DNA from: an uncultured Acidobacteriota bacterium
GTDB lineage: Bacteria; Acidobacteriota; Vicinamibacteria; Vicinamibacterales; UBA2999
NCBI GenBank assembly: GCA_963772955.1
Contig: CAVYZF010000008.1
Span: forward strand, 51,615-115,614
DNA: 64,000 bases
Direction: 5' to 3'
The notes beneath the pieces are model-generated. The model saw nothing but the letters and a program-made list of their open reading frames with translations, did not search any database and was not told the DNA's origin. The translations under genes were made by a program, and so were the position numbers. How positions within the stretch are numbered: the stretch's first letter is position 1; each line of letters opens with the position of its first letter. Shown here piece by piece: positions 38,227 to 49,164 of the stretch.

Positions 38227-40159
38227 CTACGGCGTCCAGATCCTCGATGGTCCGCCGCCCGCCAGCGTGAGCATCAATTCATTGAGACGCTTCACGAAGG
38301 CCGACGGATCCTCGAGCTGACCGCCCTCGGCCAGCGTCGCCTGGTCGAACAGGATCTGACTCCAATCCGAGAACCGGCTTTCGTCCGTCTCATCGTTCAG
38401 CCGTTTCACGATGGGGTGGGCGGGATTGATCTCGAGCACCGGCCTGGCGTTCGGCACGTTCTGTCCGGCGGCTTTCAGCATCCGCTCGAGGTTCGTGCTC
38501 ATCGCGTGTTCGTCGCTGACGAGGCACGCCGGTGAATCCGTCAGACGGTGCGTCACGCGAACCGCGCTGGCGCGGTCGCCCAGCGCTTTCTGCATACGCT
38601 CGACGAGTCCTTTGCTCTCCTCGGTCTGCTGTTCCTGTTCCCGCTTTGCCGTTTCGTCGCCGAGCGCGCTCAGGTCGAGGCCGCCTTTCGCGATCGACTG
38701 CAACGGCTTTCCCTCGAACTCGGTGAGCGCGGACAAGACCCATTCGTCGATGCGGTCGTGCATCAGCAGCACCTCGACGCCCAGCTTCCGGAAGATCTCC
38801 AGGTGCGGACTGTTCTTCGCCGCGGCAAAGCCGTCACCGGTGATGTAGTAGATGGCGGTCTGTCCCTCTTTCATCCGGCCGACGTAGTCGGACAGCGAGA
38901 CCGTCTGATCGTCGGTCTCGCGCTGCGTCGACGAGTAGCGAAGCAGCTTCGCGATGCGATCGCGATTGGGCGTGTCATCGACGACGCCTTCCTTGAGTAC
39001 GCGGCCGAACTCTTTCCAGAACGTCGCGAACTTGTCTGCGTCTTTGTTGGCGAGCTCCTCGAGCAGGCCGAGCACGCGCTTCACGGATGTCGTCCTGATC
39101 GCCTCGACATCGCGCGACTGCTGCAGGATCTCGCGCGACACGTTGAGTGGCAGGTCGTTCGAGTCAATCACCCCGCGCACGAAGCGCAGGTACGGCGGCA
39201 TCAGCTGCTCCGCATCGTCCATGATGAAGACGCGGCGGACGTACAGCTTGATGCCACGGCGATGCTCGCGGTTCCAGAGATCGAACGGCGCCTGTTTTGG
39301 CACATAGAGGAGTAGCGTGTATTCCTGGCGGCCTTCGACCCTGGCGTGCACGTGCGCGAGCGGGGAGTCGAAGTCGTGCCCGACGTGCTTGTAGAACTCG
39401 TTGTACTGCTCGTCGCTAATCTCGGACTTGGGGCGTGCCCAGAGCGCAGAGGCCTGATTGATCTGCTCGTCCTCGTCGGTCAAGACCTGCGCCTTCGCGG
39501 TGGAGTCCCACTGTTCCTTCTTCATCACGATCGGAACCGTGATGTGGTCGGAGTACTTCCTCAGGATCTCCCGCAGCTTGAAGCCGGCGAGCAGCGCGTC
39601 TTCGCCGGCCCGCAGGTGAAGCACGACCTCCGTGCCGCGCGACTCTTTCGTCCACGGTCTCGACCGTGTACTCGCCCTCGCCGCCGCTCTCCCAGCGAAC
39701 GCCGTGCTCGGCCGTCAGACCCGCGCGCCTCGTCGTGAGCGTGACGCGATCGGCAACGATGAACGCGGAGTAGAAGCCAACGCCGAACTGTCCGATGAGA
39801 TGTGCGTCCTTGGCCTTTTCCGACGTGAGGCTCTGAAAGAACTCGCGCGTGCCTGACTTGGCAATCGTGCCAATCTGGTCGATGACTTCCTGGCGCGACA
39901 TGCCGATGCCGTTGTCCGACACGGTGATCGTGCGCGCGCTCGCATCGCAGGAGACGCGAATCTTCAGATCTGGATCGCTCTCGAACAGCGCGGGATCGGC
40001 GAGCGCCTCGAACCGCAGCTTGTCACCTGCATCGGACGCGTTCGACACCAGCTCGCGCAGGAAGATCTCTTTGTTGCCGTACAGCGAGTGCACCATCAGG
40101 TGCAGTAGTTGTTTGACTTCGGCCTGGAACCCCAGGGTTTCTCGTGTGGTCGTGGTCAT
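38227..40159 (-). CDS. htpG: Chaperone HtpG (Hsp90), apparent one-base insertion near 39652
   Basis: [21 protein letters not shown] and [10 protein letters not shown] in one frame; LYVRRVFI and [11 protein letters not shown] in the other. Confidence 0.95.
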
Positions 40160-40163
40160 ATGG

Positions 40164-40973
40164 TTACTTCGACTTCGAAGCGGCGCTCTGCGGCTGCCAT
40201 GAGTGACTGTCCTGCCACGCGGTCGCACGCCGATACGCATCCGCGCGCTGGTCCGGCGTCATCCTCTTCTCGAGGTCGTCTCGCAGCGTGGCGGCCTGCA
40301 CACGCTTCGCCTCGTTCTTCCATCGTGACGCCGCCAGGTTGAACCAGGTGTGCGCCTCGACGATGTCGGTGGACGCGCCGTGACCGGGGCTGAGCAGGAT
40401 GCCCAGCTCGATCTGGGCGTCAGCCTCGCCGCGATCGGCTGCCTTGCGAAACCACGCGATCGCCTGCGTCATGTCGCGACTCACGCCGCGGCCGTCACGA
40501 AGCATCAATCCCAGGCGGTATTGCGCAGTGCCCAGCCCTTGCTCGGCGGCCTTGCGATACCACGTCGTGGCCTTCGCCTCGTTCTGGCGGACTCGATCGG
40601 CACCCGTTTCGTAGATCGATCCCAGGCTGAAGCTCGCGATCGATTCTCCGCGCTCGGCGGCCTTCTCGAACCACATTACCGCCTCGGCCACGTCTCGCGG
40701 GACACCCTCGCCCTCGAAATACATCATGGCGAGGTTCATCTGCGCGCCCGTGTGTCCCTTGTCCGCCGCGCGCCGATACCACTCTGCCGCCTGCTGTGGA
40801 TCCTGCGGCAGAACACTGCCTGCTTCGTAGAGGTTGCCAAGCGCGACTTCCGCGTCCACGTCGCCCCTGGCGATCTGCGCACGCAGATCGGCGACGTAGC
40901 GTTCTTCGGCCGTCGCGGGAACGAAACCACTTTGCGCCACCATAAGCGCTATGAGCAAGACGAGACTCATCAA
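40164..40973 (-). CDS. Sel1-like repeat protein
   Basis: Repeated A...LG..Y..G.GV..D...A..W..KAA..G units. Confidence 0.92.
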   Translation of the reverse strand: MMSLVLLIALMVAQSGFVPATAEERYVADLRAQIARGDVDAEVALGNLYEAGSVLPQDPQQAAEWYRRAADKGHTGAQMNLAMMYFEGEGVPRDVAEAVMWFEKAAERGESIASFSLGSIYETGADRVRQNEAKATTWYRKAAEQGLGTAQYRLGLMLRDGRGVSRDMTQAIAWFRKAADRGEADAQIELGILLSPGHGASTDIVEAHTWFNLAASRWKNEAKRVQAATLRDDLEKRMTPDQRADAYRRATAWQDSHSWQPQSAASKSK

Positions 40974-41051
40974 ACCCCCATTCTAGGCCGCACGAGCCAT
41001 GGGGCACACGCTCCCGGTATACTCAAGGAACGGCTGGAGCCCGTTTACGAC

Positions 41052-41098
41052 GTAGGGCGGGTCCTGCCGCTGAGGCCCGCCGGACACGCCGGGTCTAC
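41052..41098. repeat. Inverted pair of GTAG REP-like elements
   Basis: GTAGGGCGGGTC...GGCCCGCC followed by ...CCGGGTCTAC (GTAG on the opposite strand). Confidence 0.45.
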
Positions 41099-41130
41099 GG
41101 AACAAGACCCAGCCTACGATTCCACGCGAC

Positions 41131-42378
41131 TTGAGTACTGACGCCGCCGCACCACGAACACCCGCAGCCGCTTCCGCGACACCATCGTCACGAGCCGCGA
41201 CGCACGGAACCGCGCTCGGCATTCTCGCGGCGATCAGCGTCTGCCACGGCCTGAACGATCTGATGCAGTCGGTGCTGCCGGCCGTGTATCCGATCCTCAA
41301 AACGGCATATCGCCTCGACTTCGGACAGATCGGGCTCATCACGTTTGCGAACCAGGCGACGGCGTCGCTGCTCCAACCCGTCATTGGCAACTTTACCGAT
41401 CGGAGTCCGCGACCCTATTCGCTGCCGACCGGCATGGCGTTCACGCTGGTCGGCCTGCTGCTGCTCTCCGTCGCGCCGACGTATGGCGTGATTCTCCTCG
41501 CGGTGGCGATGGTCGGCATCGGCTCGTCGGTGTTCCATCCCGAGTCGTCTCGCGTCGCGCGACTCGCGTCAGGTGGGCGTCACGGGTTCGCGCAGTCGCT
41601 GTTTCAGGTTGGCGGCAATATCGGGTCTTCAACCGGTCCGCTGCTCGCGGCGTTCATCGTCCAGCCCTACGGCCAGCACAGCATCGCGTGGTTCGGTGTC
41701 GCAGCACTCTCGGCGATGGCCATCCTGCTACAGGTCAGCAACTGGTATCGCCATCGTCTTCTCGAGTTGGTGAAGACGAAGGGCGCGGCCATTCGCGCTG
41801 GGCTGCCAACCGGTCGCGTGCGCCTCGCGCTGCTCGTGCTGGTGCTGCTCGTGTTTTCGAAGAACATTTACCTTGCGAGCCTGACGAGCTATTACACGTT
41901 CTATCTGATCGGGAAATTCCACCTGAGTGTGCAGAGCGCGCAGCTTCACCTGTTCATACTCCTCGGATCCGTCGCGGCGGGGACGTTCATCGGCGGACCT
42001 GTCGGCGATCGTATCGGCCGCAAGTACGTGATCTGGGTCTCCATCCTCGGCGCGCTGCCGTTCACGCTGCTGCTGCCGTACGCGAACCTGTTCTGGACCG
42101 AAATCCTGACGGTCATCATCGGGCTGATCCTCGCGTCCGCCTTCTCGGCGATCGTGGTCTTTGCTCAGGAGCTCGTCCCGGGCCGTGTGGGGACCGTGGC
42201 CGGTGTGTTCTTCGGCTTTGCCTTCGGTGCCGGCGGTCTCGGCGCCGCGATGCTCGGACAGCTGGCAGACGCGACGAGCATCGACACCGTCTTCACCGTC
42301 TGTTCCTTCCTGCCGGCGATCGGGTTGCTGACGTGGTTCCTGCCTAACATCGAGCCGGCGCGCCACGCGCGTCACTGA
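41131..42378 (+). CDS. fsr: MFS transporter, fosmidomycin-resistance (Fsr) family
   Basis: HGLNDLMQS, ASLLQP, SVFHPESSRVAR, AQSLFQVGGN, GDRIGRK. Confidence 0.85.
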   Translation: MSTDAAAPRTPAAASATPSSRAATHGTALGILAAISVCHGLNDLMQSVLPAVYPILKTAYRLDFGQIGLITFANQATASLLQPVIGNFTDRSPRPYSLPTGMAFTLVGLLLLSVAPTYGVILLAVAMVGIGSSVFHPESSRVARLASGGRHGFAQSLFQVGGNIGSSTGPLLAAFIVQPYGQHSIAWFGVAALSAMAILLQVSNWYRHRLLELVKTKGAAIRAGLPTGRVRLALLVLVLLVFSKNIYLASLTSYYTFYLIGKFHLSVQSAQLHLFILLGSVAAGTFIGGPVGDRIGRKYVIWVSILGALPFTLLLPYANLFWTEILTVIIGLILASAFSAIVVFAQELVPGRVGTVAGVFFGFAFGAGGLGAAMLGQLADATSIDTVFTVCSFLPAIGLLTWFLPNIEPARHARH

Positions 42379-42387
42379 CTGCAACTC

Positions 42388-42406
42388 TGTGAAGGGTCTG
42401 ACCCCA
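42388..42406. repeat. Dispersed GGGTCAGACCC element, copy 2
   Basis: TGTGAAGGGTCTGACCCCA, the exact reverse complement of 60877-60895. Confidence 0.75.
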
Positions 42407-42531
42407 CTCACCAATTTAGGGGGGAGTCGATTCATTGACTTCCCCTCGGTTGCGGCGTTATACAAGGCCCGGCGTTTCACACGTCAAAGATTCGTCAAAG
42501 GTCACAAGTACGGAAGTCAGGGAGGCAATTC

Positions 42532-45500
42532 ATGCCGTTTCGACGCGGTGTCGTGGTTGGTTTTCTTGCTCTTGCAGTGCTGATCGTCAGTGCGCCCGGG
42601 GCGTTCGCCCAGGGACAAACCGGCACGATCGCCGGCGTTGTACGAGATACCTCCGGTGCGGTACTTCCGGGCGTCACCGTTGAAGCATCCAGCCCGGCCC
42701 TCATCGAGAAGAGCCGCTCTGTCGTGAGCGACGGTCAGGGGCGATACACGATCGTCGATCTGCGACCCGGCACCTACAGCGTCGCTTTTACTCTTCCAGG
42801 ATTCGCCACCGTCAGGCGCGAAGGGATCGAGTTGACGTCCGGCTTCACGGCGAACGTGAGTGCCGATCTGAAGGTTGGAACGATCGAAGAGACGGTCACC
42901 GTCACCGGCGAATCACCCATCGTCGATACCCAGAGCACGACCAAGCTGGCCACCGCGTCTCGTGAGGCCATGGACGTCCTGCCGACGGACCGCAACTTCG
43001 TCAGCTTCGCGGCGTTGACGCCGTCAGTGCTGGTCACGGGCGTGCGGCAGAACGTCGGCGGCTCGATTCCCGAGACCGGCATGAACCTGGTGGTGCACGG
43101 CAGCCGTGCCAGCGACAGCCTCGTGACCGTCGAGGGTATGCCGATCATCAACGGCGGCGGCACGGGCGGCCTGATGTATGGCAACTATCTGAACAACGGG
43201 TTGGCGCAGGAAATCACGTTCCAGACCGACTCGCACAACGCCGAGTTCGAGCGCGCGACGGTCTACTCCAATTTCATCCCGAAAGAAGGATCGAATACAT
43301 TCCGCGGTTCTGTCTTTGGCCGCTGGGCGGGTGAGTCATGGCAGTCGGACAATCTCTCCGAGGAGCAGATGGCCCAGGGCCTGAGCACGGGCAACCGGAT
43401 CGATCGGATTTGGGACATCAACCCCAACGTCGGCGGGCCAATCGTCCGCGATCGTCTGTGGATCTACGGTGGCTTCCGCCACTGGGGCACCTACAACTCG
43501 GTGGCGGGCTCGTTCAAGGACGCCGATTTCACCGACATCTTCTACCACCCGACGACGGAGCAGAACCTGTTCCCGGTCTGGCATGAGAGCGCTGTTGCGC
43601 GGTTCACGATCCAGGCTAATCAGAAGAACAAGTTCAACGTCTACACCGACTGGCAATACACCTACTTCGGCAACTGCTTCGTGCCGACGTATCTGACTGC
43701 CATCAGTGCCTGTCCGGAGTACAAGAACATTCCGCAGTACATCCTGCAGGGCAGCTGGAGCTCTCCAGTGACCAACAAGCTGCTGCTCGAAGCGGGTGGC
43801 ACGATCACGCCGCAGGACTTCCACGGCTATCGCCGGCCGGGCGTCTCGGAGACGCAGTTTGCGATGAGCGACCCGACTGCTCCAGCGGGGATGCCCACGG
43901 CATGGGGATCGTCGCTCGCCTACGGCGCCAACCGCAGCGATCAATCGAACTATCGTGCGTCGGCGAGCTACGTGACCGGCTCGCACTCGATCAAGGCCGG
44001 GTTCACGCTCATGCACGCGTGGCGCTACAACACGCAGGAGCCAAACAACTCTGTGGCGCTCAGCGTTCGTGGCACACAGCCGTTTTCGCTGACGCAGTAC
44101 GCCACGCCGATTCAGTACCACGAGACGCTGCGCTACAACATGGGCATCTTTGCCCAGGATCAGTGGCGCATGAATCGCTTCACGGTGAACTACGGCGTCC
44201 GTCTCGATTACCTCAATGCCCGCGTCGACGCGCAGGACATCGCCGCCGGTCCCTTCACGCCCGCGCGGAACTTCGATGCGGTCGAGAATGTGCCGAACTG
44301 GAGAGACGTCGATCCCCGCGTGGGCGTCTCTTGGGATCTGTTCGGCGATGGCAAGACGGCCGTCAAGGCGAGCATGGGTCGATACGTCGTCGGAGCGGCC
44401 TACGAGATCGCACGACCCGCCAATCCCGTGCAGTCGAGCGTGAACACGGTCACGCGGACGTGGGCGCCACCGGCGGGCGTGATCTACACCGGCACCTACA
44501 ACCCGTACAACGACTGCGATCTGTTCAACCCAAACGCCAACACCAAGCGTCCGGGCCAGATCCAGTGCGGAGCGATCAGCAACCCGGCGTTCGGACAGGT
44601 GACGGCGCGCACGACCAACTACGACCCGGGAGTCGTCGACGGCTGGCACGTGCGCCCGAACAACTGGGAGGGACAGGTGAGCATCCAGCGCGAGATCGTG
44701 CCGCGCGTGTCGGTGTACGGCGCCTACACACGGCGCTGGTACGGCAACCTGACGGCCACGCGCAACCGGGCCGTGACCAACGCTGACTTCTCACCGTACT
44801 GCGTCCCGGTTCCCGCCGATTCGCGGCTCCCGAACAGCAGCGGTTATCAGCAGTGCGGTCTGTTCGACGTCAACCGCAACATCACGCCCAACAACCTGAT
44901 CTTCAACTCGAGCGACATCGGTGGCATCGACGACGTGTATGACGGCTTCGACTTCGACGTCAACGCACGGCTGGCGAGGAACATCATTCTGTCGGGTGGC
45001 GTCACCTTCGGTCGCGAGCGCATCAACTACTGCAATCTCAAGGATGACCTCAGTCTGACGACAAACGGTCCGGGACTCGGGGTCAACACGCCGCGGACCG
45101 ACGAGTATTGCAACGTCTCGCCGCCCTTCCAGCCACAGGTGAAGGGGCAGGTCGCGTACCCGTTGCCGTGGTGGGATATCAGTCTCTCTGCAACGTTCCA
45201 GAGCCTGTCAGGTCCGCAGCTCGACGCGAACTACCCATTGACCAACGCGCTCGTGGCGCCATCGCTTGGCCGGCCATTCACCGGCGTTCCGCCAAGCGTC
45301 AACCTGCTGCCCAACGGCACGATGTACGGCGATCGCATCTACCAAACTGATCTCCGGGTCAGCAAGGCCTTCCGGAACGGCGGCACGGTGATTCGGCCGA
45401 CTGTCTCGGTCTACAACCTGTTCAATGCGAACCCGATTCAGACGTACAACACGACCTACGGCGCTGCCTGGCTGTCGCCGACGGTCATCATGCAGGCGCG

Positions 45501-45534
45501 CTTCGTGGACATTGGAGTGCAAGTAGACTTCTAG
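42532..45534 (+). CDS. TonB-dependent receptor-like outer-membrane protein with a carboxypeptidase-regulatory-like N-domain
   Basis: GTIAGVVRDTSGAVLPGVTV, ETVTVTGESP, beta-barrel strands, terminal Phe. Confidence 0.9.
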   Translation: MPFRRGVVVGFLALAVLIVSAPGAFAQGQTGTIAGVVRDTSGAVLPGVTVEASSPALIEKSRSVVSDGQGRYTIVDLRPGTYSVAFTLPGFATVRREGIELTSGFTANVSADLKVGTIEETVTVTGESPIVDTQSTTKLATASREAMDVLPTDRNFVSFAALTPSVLVTGVRQNVGGSIPETGMNLVVHGSRASDSLVTVEGMPIINGGGTGGLMYGNYLNNGLAQEITFQTDSHNAEFERATVYSNFIPKEGSNTFRGSVFGRWAGESWQSDNLSEEQMAQGLSTGNRIDRIWDINPNVGGPIVRDRLWIYGGFRHWGTYNSVAGSFKDADFTDIFYHPTTEQNLFPVWHESAVARFTIQANQKNKFNVYTDWQYTYFGNCFVPTYLTAISACPEYKNIPQYILQGSWSSPVTNKLLLEAGGTITPQDFHGYRRPGVSETQFAMSDPTAPAGMPTAWGSSLAYGANRSDQSNYRASASYVTGSHSIKAGFTLMHAWRYNTQEPNNSVALSVRGTQPFSLTQYATPIQYHETLRYNMGIFAQDQWRMNRFTVNYGVRLDYLNARVDAQDIAAGPFTPARNFDAVENVPNWRDVDPRVGVSWDLFGDGKTAVKASMGRYVVGAAYEIARPANPVQSSVNTVTRTWAPPAGVIYTGTYNPYNDCDLFNPNANTKRPGQIQCGAISNPAFGQVTARTTNYDPGVVDGWHVRPNNWEGQVSIQREIVPRVSVYGAYTRRWYGNLTATRNRAVTNADFSPYCVPVPADSRLPNSSGYQQCGLFDVNRNITPNNLIFNSSDIGGIDDVYDGFDFDVNARLARNIILSGGVTFGRERINYCNLKDDLSLTTNGPGLGVNTPRTDEYCNVSPPFQPQVKGQVAYPLPWWDISLSATFQSLSGPQLDANYPLTNALVAPSLGRPFTGVPPSVNLLPNGTMYGDRIYQTDLRVSKAFRNGGTVIRPTVSVYNLFNANPIQTYNTTYGAAWLSPTVIMQARFVDIGVQVDF

Positions 45535-45539
45535 ACACG

Positions 45540-47558
45540 TTGTTCAACTCCCAACTATCCAACTCCCAATTCCCAACAAGGCTCGCCTTGTTGGGGTTGG
45601 GGGTCGGCCTCGCTGTACTGATTGCCTGTCAGCGCGCGCCCGAGACGGCCGCGAGCGCTTCGAATCCCGAATCCCGAACCGCGAACCCCGGATCCCGGGC
45701 CCCGAGTCCCGTCACATTCAATAAAGACATCGCGCCGATCCTGTTCGCGAACTGCGCCACCTGCCATCGCCCGATTGACGACGGCCCGAGCGTCAAAGGC
45801 GGCGATGTGTTGTGTGTTGCCGGCGCGCCCTTCAGCCTGCTCGACTATGAAAGCGCCCGCGCCCGGGCCGGCGAGATCGCCGCAGCGACGCTGACGCGCG
45901 CGATGCCGCCGTGGCTTCCGGAGTCCGGACACGGCGAGTTCGTCAACTCGCGCCGCTTGAGCGACGATCAGATCGCCCTCATTCAGCAGTGGGCCGAGCA
46001 AGGTGCGCCTGAAGGCAATGCGCAGACGCTGAAGCTGCCGGCCTTTCCCGAAGGCTGGCAACTGGGAACGCCTGACGTCGTGCTGAAGAGCGGCGAGTCC
46101 TACACATTGCAGCCCGGCAAGGCCGAAGTGTTTCGCAACTTCGTTTTCCCGGTGCCGCGCTCGTCAACGAGATACGTCCGTGCCATTGAGTTCCGCGCGG
46201 ACAACCAGAAGGTCCTGCATCACGCCAACGTCGCTGTCGATCCCGCGCGCGTGGCTCGCCGCCTCGATCGCGCCGACCCCGGGCCTGGCTTCTCGACGAT
46301 GCCCGAAGACGAGGTGCAGAACGTGTTCGGCTGGTCGCCGGGGAAAGTGCCGATACTCGAACCGCCAGATACCGCGTGGGCGCTCGAAGAGGGCAGCGAT
46401 CTCGTGGTGCAGCTGCACATGGTGCCGGGCGCGAAGGCCGAAACCGTTCAGCCCTCGATTGGACTCTTCTTCACGTCGACGCCGCCGACACGAGTGCCAA
46501 TCGTCGTGAAGCTCGAGTCGAAGTCGATCGACATTCCAGCGGGCGACGCACACTACGCGATCGAGGACAGCTATGTCCTGCCGGTGGATGTCTCCGCAGT
46601 CAGCGTCTACCCGCACGCGCACTATCTGGCGAGAGAGATGCGTGGCACGGCGACGCTGCCGGATGGGACGGAGAAGCCGTTGATCTGGATCAAGCACTGG
46701 GATATCCGCTGGCAGGATCAGTATCGCTACAAGGATCCGCTCGTCCTGCCGAAGGGAACGACGCTGCGCATGCGCTTCACCTACGACAACTCCCCGGCCA
46801 ATGCGCGGAGTCCACGCCCGCCGCGACGCGTGGCGTGGGGACAGAACTCAACGGACGAGATGGGCGCGCTGTGGGTCGAGGTCATTCCTCGCCGCAGCGA
46901 GGACGCCGCGGTCCTCTCGCAGGACTACTTCCGGCGCGCGCTTGCCACCGACCTCGCGAGTGCGGAGCTGCAGGTGCGCAACAACCCGAAGGATCCAGCG
47001 GCGCACAATCGGCTCGCGCTGAAATACATTCAGGCTAACCGGATCCCGGACGCGCAGGCACGCCTGGACGAGGCGCTGCGTCTTGCGCCGAACGACGCCG
47101 AAGCGCACAGCAACCTCGGCACCGTGCTGCAGCTGCAGGGCCGGCTGGCCGAAGCAACGCCGCATCTGCAGACGGCGCTCAAGCTGAAGCCGAACGACGA
47201 TCGCATTCGCTTCAATCTTGCGAATGGACTGATGGCGGCCGGGCGCTCCACTGACGCCATGCGCGAATACGAGCGCGCGATTGCCCTCAACCCCGAGAAC
47301 GCGGACGCCCACTTCAACCTTGCCATGCTCCTCGGCCCGCAGAACCGGCTGGACGAGGCGATCGGGCACCTGCGGCGAGTGATCGAGCTCAGTCCCCGTA
47401 ACAGCGAAGCTCATCGCAATCTGTCGGTCGCTTACGGGTTGCAGGGGAAGATCGATGAGGCGATTGGTGAGGCACGAGAGGCCGTGCGTCTGCAGCCCGA
47501 TTCAGCCGCCGCCCGTCAGCAGCTCGATCGGTTGCTGGCGATGCGCGGACAGCGTTGA
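45540..47558 (+). CDS. Cytochrome c / copper monooxygenase (PHM-like) / TPR fusion lipoprotein
   Basis: Lipobox LIAC, CATCH heme motif, HH, QLHM, PHAH, DEM, and about six TPRs. Start uncertain. Confidence 0.75.
   Translation: MFNSQLSNSQFPTRLALLGLGVGLAVLIACQRAPETAASASNPESRTANPGSRAPSPVTFNKDIAPILFANCATCHRPIDDGPSVKGGDVLCVAGAPFSLLDYESARARAGEIAAATLTRAMPPWLPESGHGEFVNSRRLSDDQIALIQQWAEQGAPEGNAQTLKLPAFPEGWQLGTPDVVLKSGESYTLQPGKAEVFRNFVFPVPRSSTRYVRAIEFRADNQKVLHHANVAVDPARVARRLDRADPGPGFSTMPEDEVQNVFGWSPGKVPILEPPDTAWALEEGSDLVVQLHMVPGAKAETVQPSIGLFFTSTPPTRVPIVVKLESKSIDIPAGDAHYAIEDSYVLPVDVSAVSVYPHAHYLAREMRGTATLPDGTEKPLIWIKHWDIRWQDQYRYKDPLVLPKGTTLRMRFTYDNSPANARSPRPPRRVAWGQNSTDEMGALWVEVIPRRSEDAAVLSQDYFRRALATDLASAELQVRNNPKDPAAHNRLALKYIQANRIPDAQARLDEALRLAPNDAEAHSNLGTVLQLQGRLAEATPHLQTALKLKPNDDRIRFNLANGLMAAGRSTDAMREYERAIALNPENADAHFNLAMLLGPQNRLDEAIGHLRRVIELSPRNSEAHRNLSVAYGLQGKIDEAIGEAREAVRLQPDSAAARQQLDRLLAMRGQR
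45662..45711. repeat. Heptamer tandem repeat in frame within a CDS
   Basis: GAATCCC-like units encoding NPESRTANPGSRAPSP. Confidence 0.7.
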
Positions 47559-47607
47559 AAGGATTTCTCGGTGCCTCGGTGCCTCGGTGTGTCGTAATCT
47601 CCTTTCT

Positions 47608-48489
47608 ATGAGAAACCTGATGAATCGAATTTTCTGTGTCATCGCCCTTGCCCTCTTCGTCCTCGCGCCCGTCTCCAACGCCTCCGCGCAGTTGATCGCC
47701 GCGAAGGACGGTCCAATCGTCTATGGTCACCATCACCTGAACGTGACGGACATGGACCAGGCCAGGAAGTTCTGGGTGGACGCGATCGGCGGCGTGCTGA
47801 TCAAGGTCGGTCCGGAGAATCGCGAGATCATCAAGTTCCCCAATGCGCTGATGCTGCTGCGCGCGCAGAAGCCCACCGGCGGAAGCAAGGGCACGACAGT
47901 CGATCACATCGGGTTCTCGGTGAAGAACCTGCGTCAGGTCGTCGACCGCATCAAGGCAGGCGGCTTCCGCATGGTCACCGCTGCGGAGGCGCCGCCCAAC
48001 GTCAAGGTCCAGGACGACATCGGCATTGTCGAGGGGGGGCCGGTTAGCGGCATCGCTTACGCGATGGCTCCCGATGACACGAAGGTGGAGCTCGTCGAGA
48101 TGAAAGCGCAGGCGACCCCGATTGCCTCGCACCACCTGCACTTCTTCGGCATGAACAAGGAGATGCAGGCCTGGTACATGCAAACGTTCGGTGCTGCGAC
48201 TCTCGCGTCCGCGAATCCGGCGGCGTTCGTCAGCGCGAGCCTGCCGGGGTTGACGATGAACTTCTCGCCGTCACAGACGCCTGTGGTTGGGACTCAGGGA
48301 CGCGCGATCGATCACATCGGGTTCGAGGTGAAGAATCTCGAGGCGTTCACCAAGAAGCTCGAGTCGCAAGGGATCAAGCTCGCGTCGCCCTACCGGCAGG
48401 TGCCCGCGCTCAACATCTCGATCGCGTTCATCACCGACCCGTGGGGGACTTACATCGAGCTGACCGAAGGGTTGGACAAGATCAACTGA
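47608..48489 (+). CDS. Secreted two-domain VOC family protein
   Basis: Signal peptide, GHHHLN, DHIGF twice, DPWGTYIELTE. Confidence 0.88.
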   Translation: MRNLMNRIFCVIALALFVLAPVSNASAQLIAAKDGPIVYGHHHLNVTDMDQARKFWVDAIGGVLIKVGPENREIIKFPNALMLLRAQKPTGGSKGTTVDHIGFSVKNLRQVVDRIKAGGFRMVTAAEAPPNVKVQDDIGIVEGGPVSGIAYAMAPDDTKVELVEMKAQATPIASHHLHFFGMNKEMQAWYMQTFGAATLASANPAAFVSASLPGLTMNFSPSQTPVVGTQGRAIDHIGFEVKNLEAFTKKLESQGIKLASPYRQVPALNISIAFITDPWGTYIELTEGLDKIN

Positions 48490-49126
48490 GCCCAGAGCTT
48501 GTGCAGCCTCGAACTGGCGATCCGTCGATCTCTGTGAATCCGCTGCCGATGACGGCCTCCATGTACGTGCGAAAGTGGTCCCGGTGAAGCAGGTGCATGT
48601 ACCTCAGTGAGCACGCAGCGACCAGGTAAAGAATCAAGAGGGGAACAAAAGGCCACCAGACCATGCGGAGCATCCCGGCCAGCGACGCCTTGTACGCGAG
48701 AACACGCAAGGGCCACAAGACGATTGTCAAGAGAGCGGACAGCAGCAGCGCGAGGCTACCGTTGCCGCACGCCTCCTTGATCACGAGCAAGCGTTCGGCC
48801 TGCATCTGCTGAGACGAAGTGGCCCTTCGATCGAACTCCACCATCAGCTTGTACGTGTCCTTACGTTTGAAGCCGGAAGGATCATTCTTGATGAACCCGG
48901 ATCTTTCACCGAGGCCCTGAACCGCGAAGGCGGTCAGCCATCCGCTGCCCAGTGTGCTCAACGCGAGCCACAGCGGCGGGTCGAGAAGTGTCCGAAATGT
49001 CTCCGTCGGCAGAGCCGCGTAGGCGACGGTCGCCAGCAATATCGTTCCGGGAAGAATTTTCGCGAGCAGGTCGCGCAGAATGAGCCGGCTGTAGAGCGAG
49101 TCGAAAATCCCGGAAACGTCACTCAT
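48482..49126 (-). CDS. Hypothetical membrane protein
   Basis: About four hydrophobic segments; no recognised motif. Confidence 0.6.
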   Translation of the reverse strand: MSDVSGIFDSLYSRLILRDLLAKILPGTILLATVAYAALPTETFRTLLDPPLWLALSTLGSGWLTAFAVQGLGERSGFIKNDPSGFKRKDTYKLMVEFDRRATSSQQMQAERLLVIKEACGNGSLALLLSALLTIVLWPLRVLAYKASLAGMLRMVWWPFVPLLILYLVAACSLRYMHLLHRDHFRTYMEAVIGSGFTEIDGSPVRGCTSSGLS

Positions 49127-49164
49127 TCGACCGCCTTAACTGGCGGGTAGGAATCCCCGCCACT

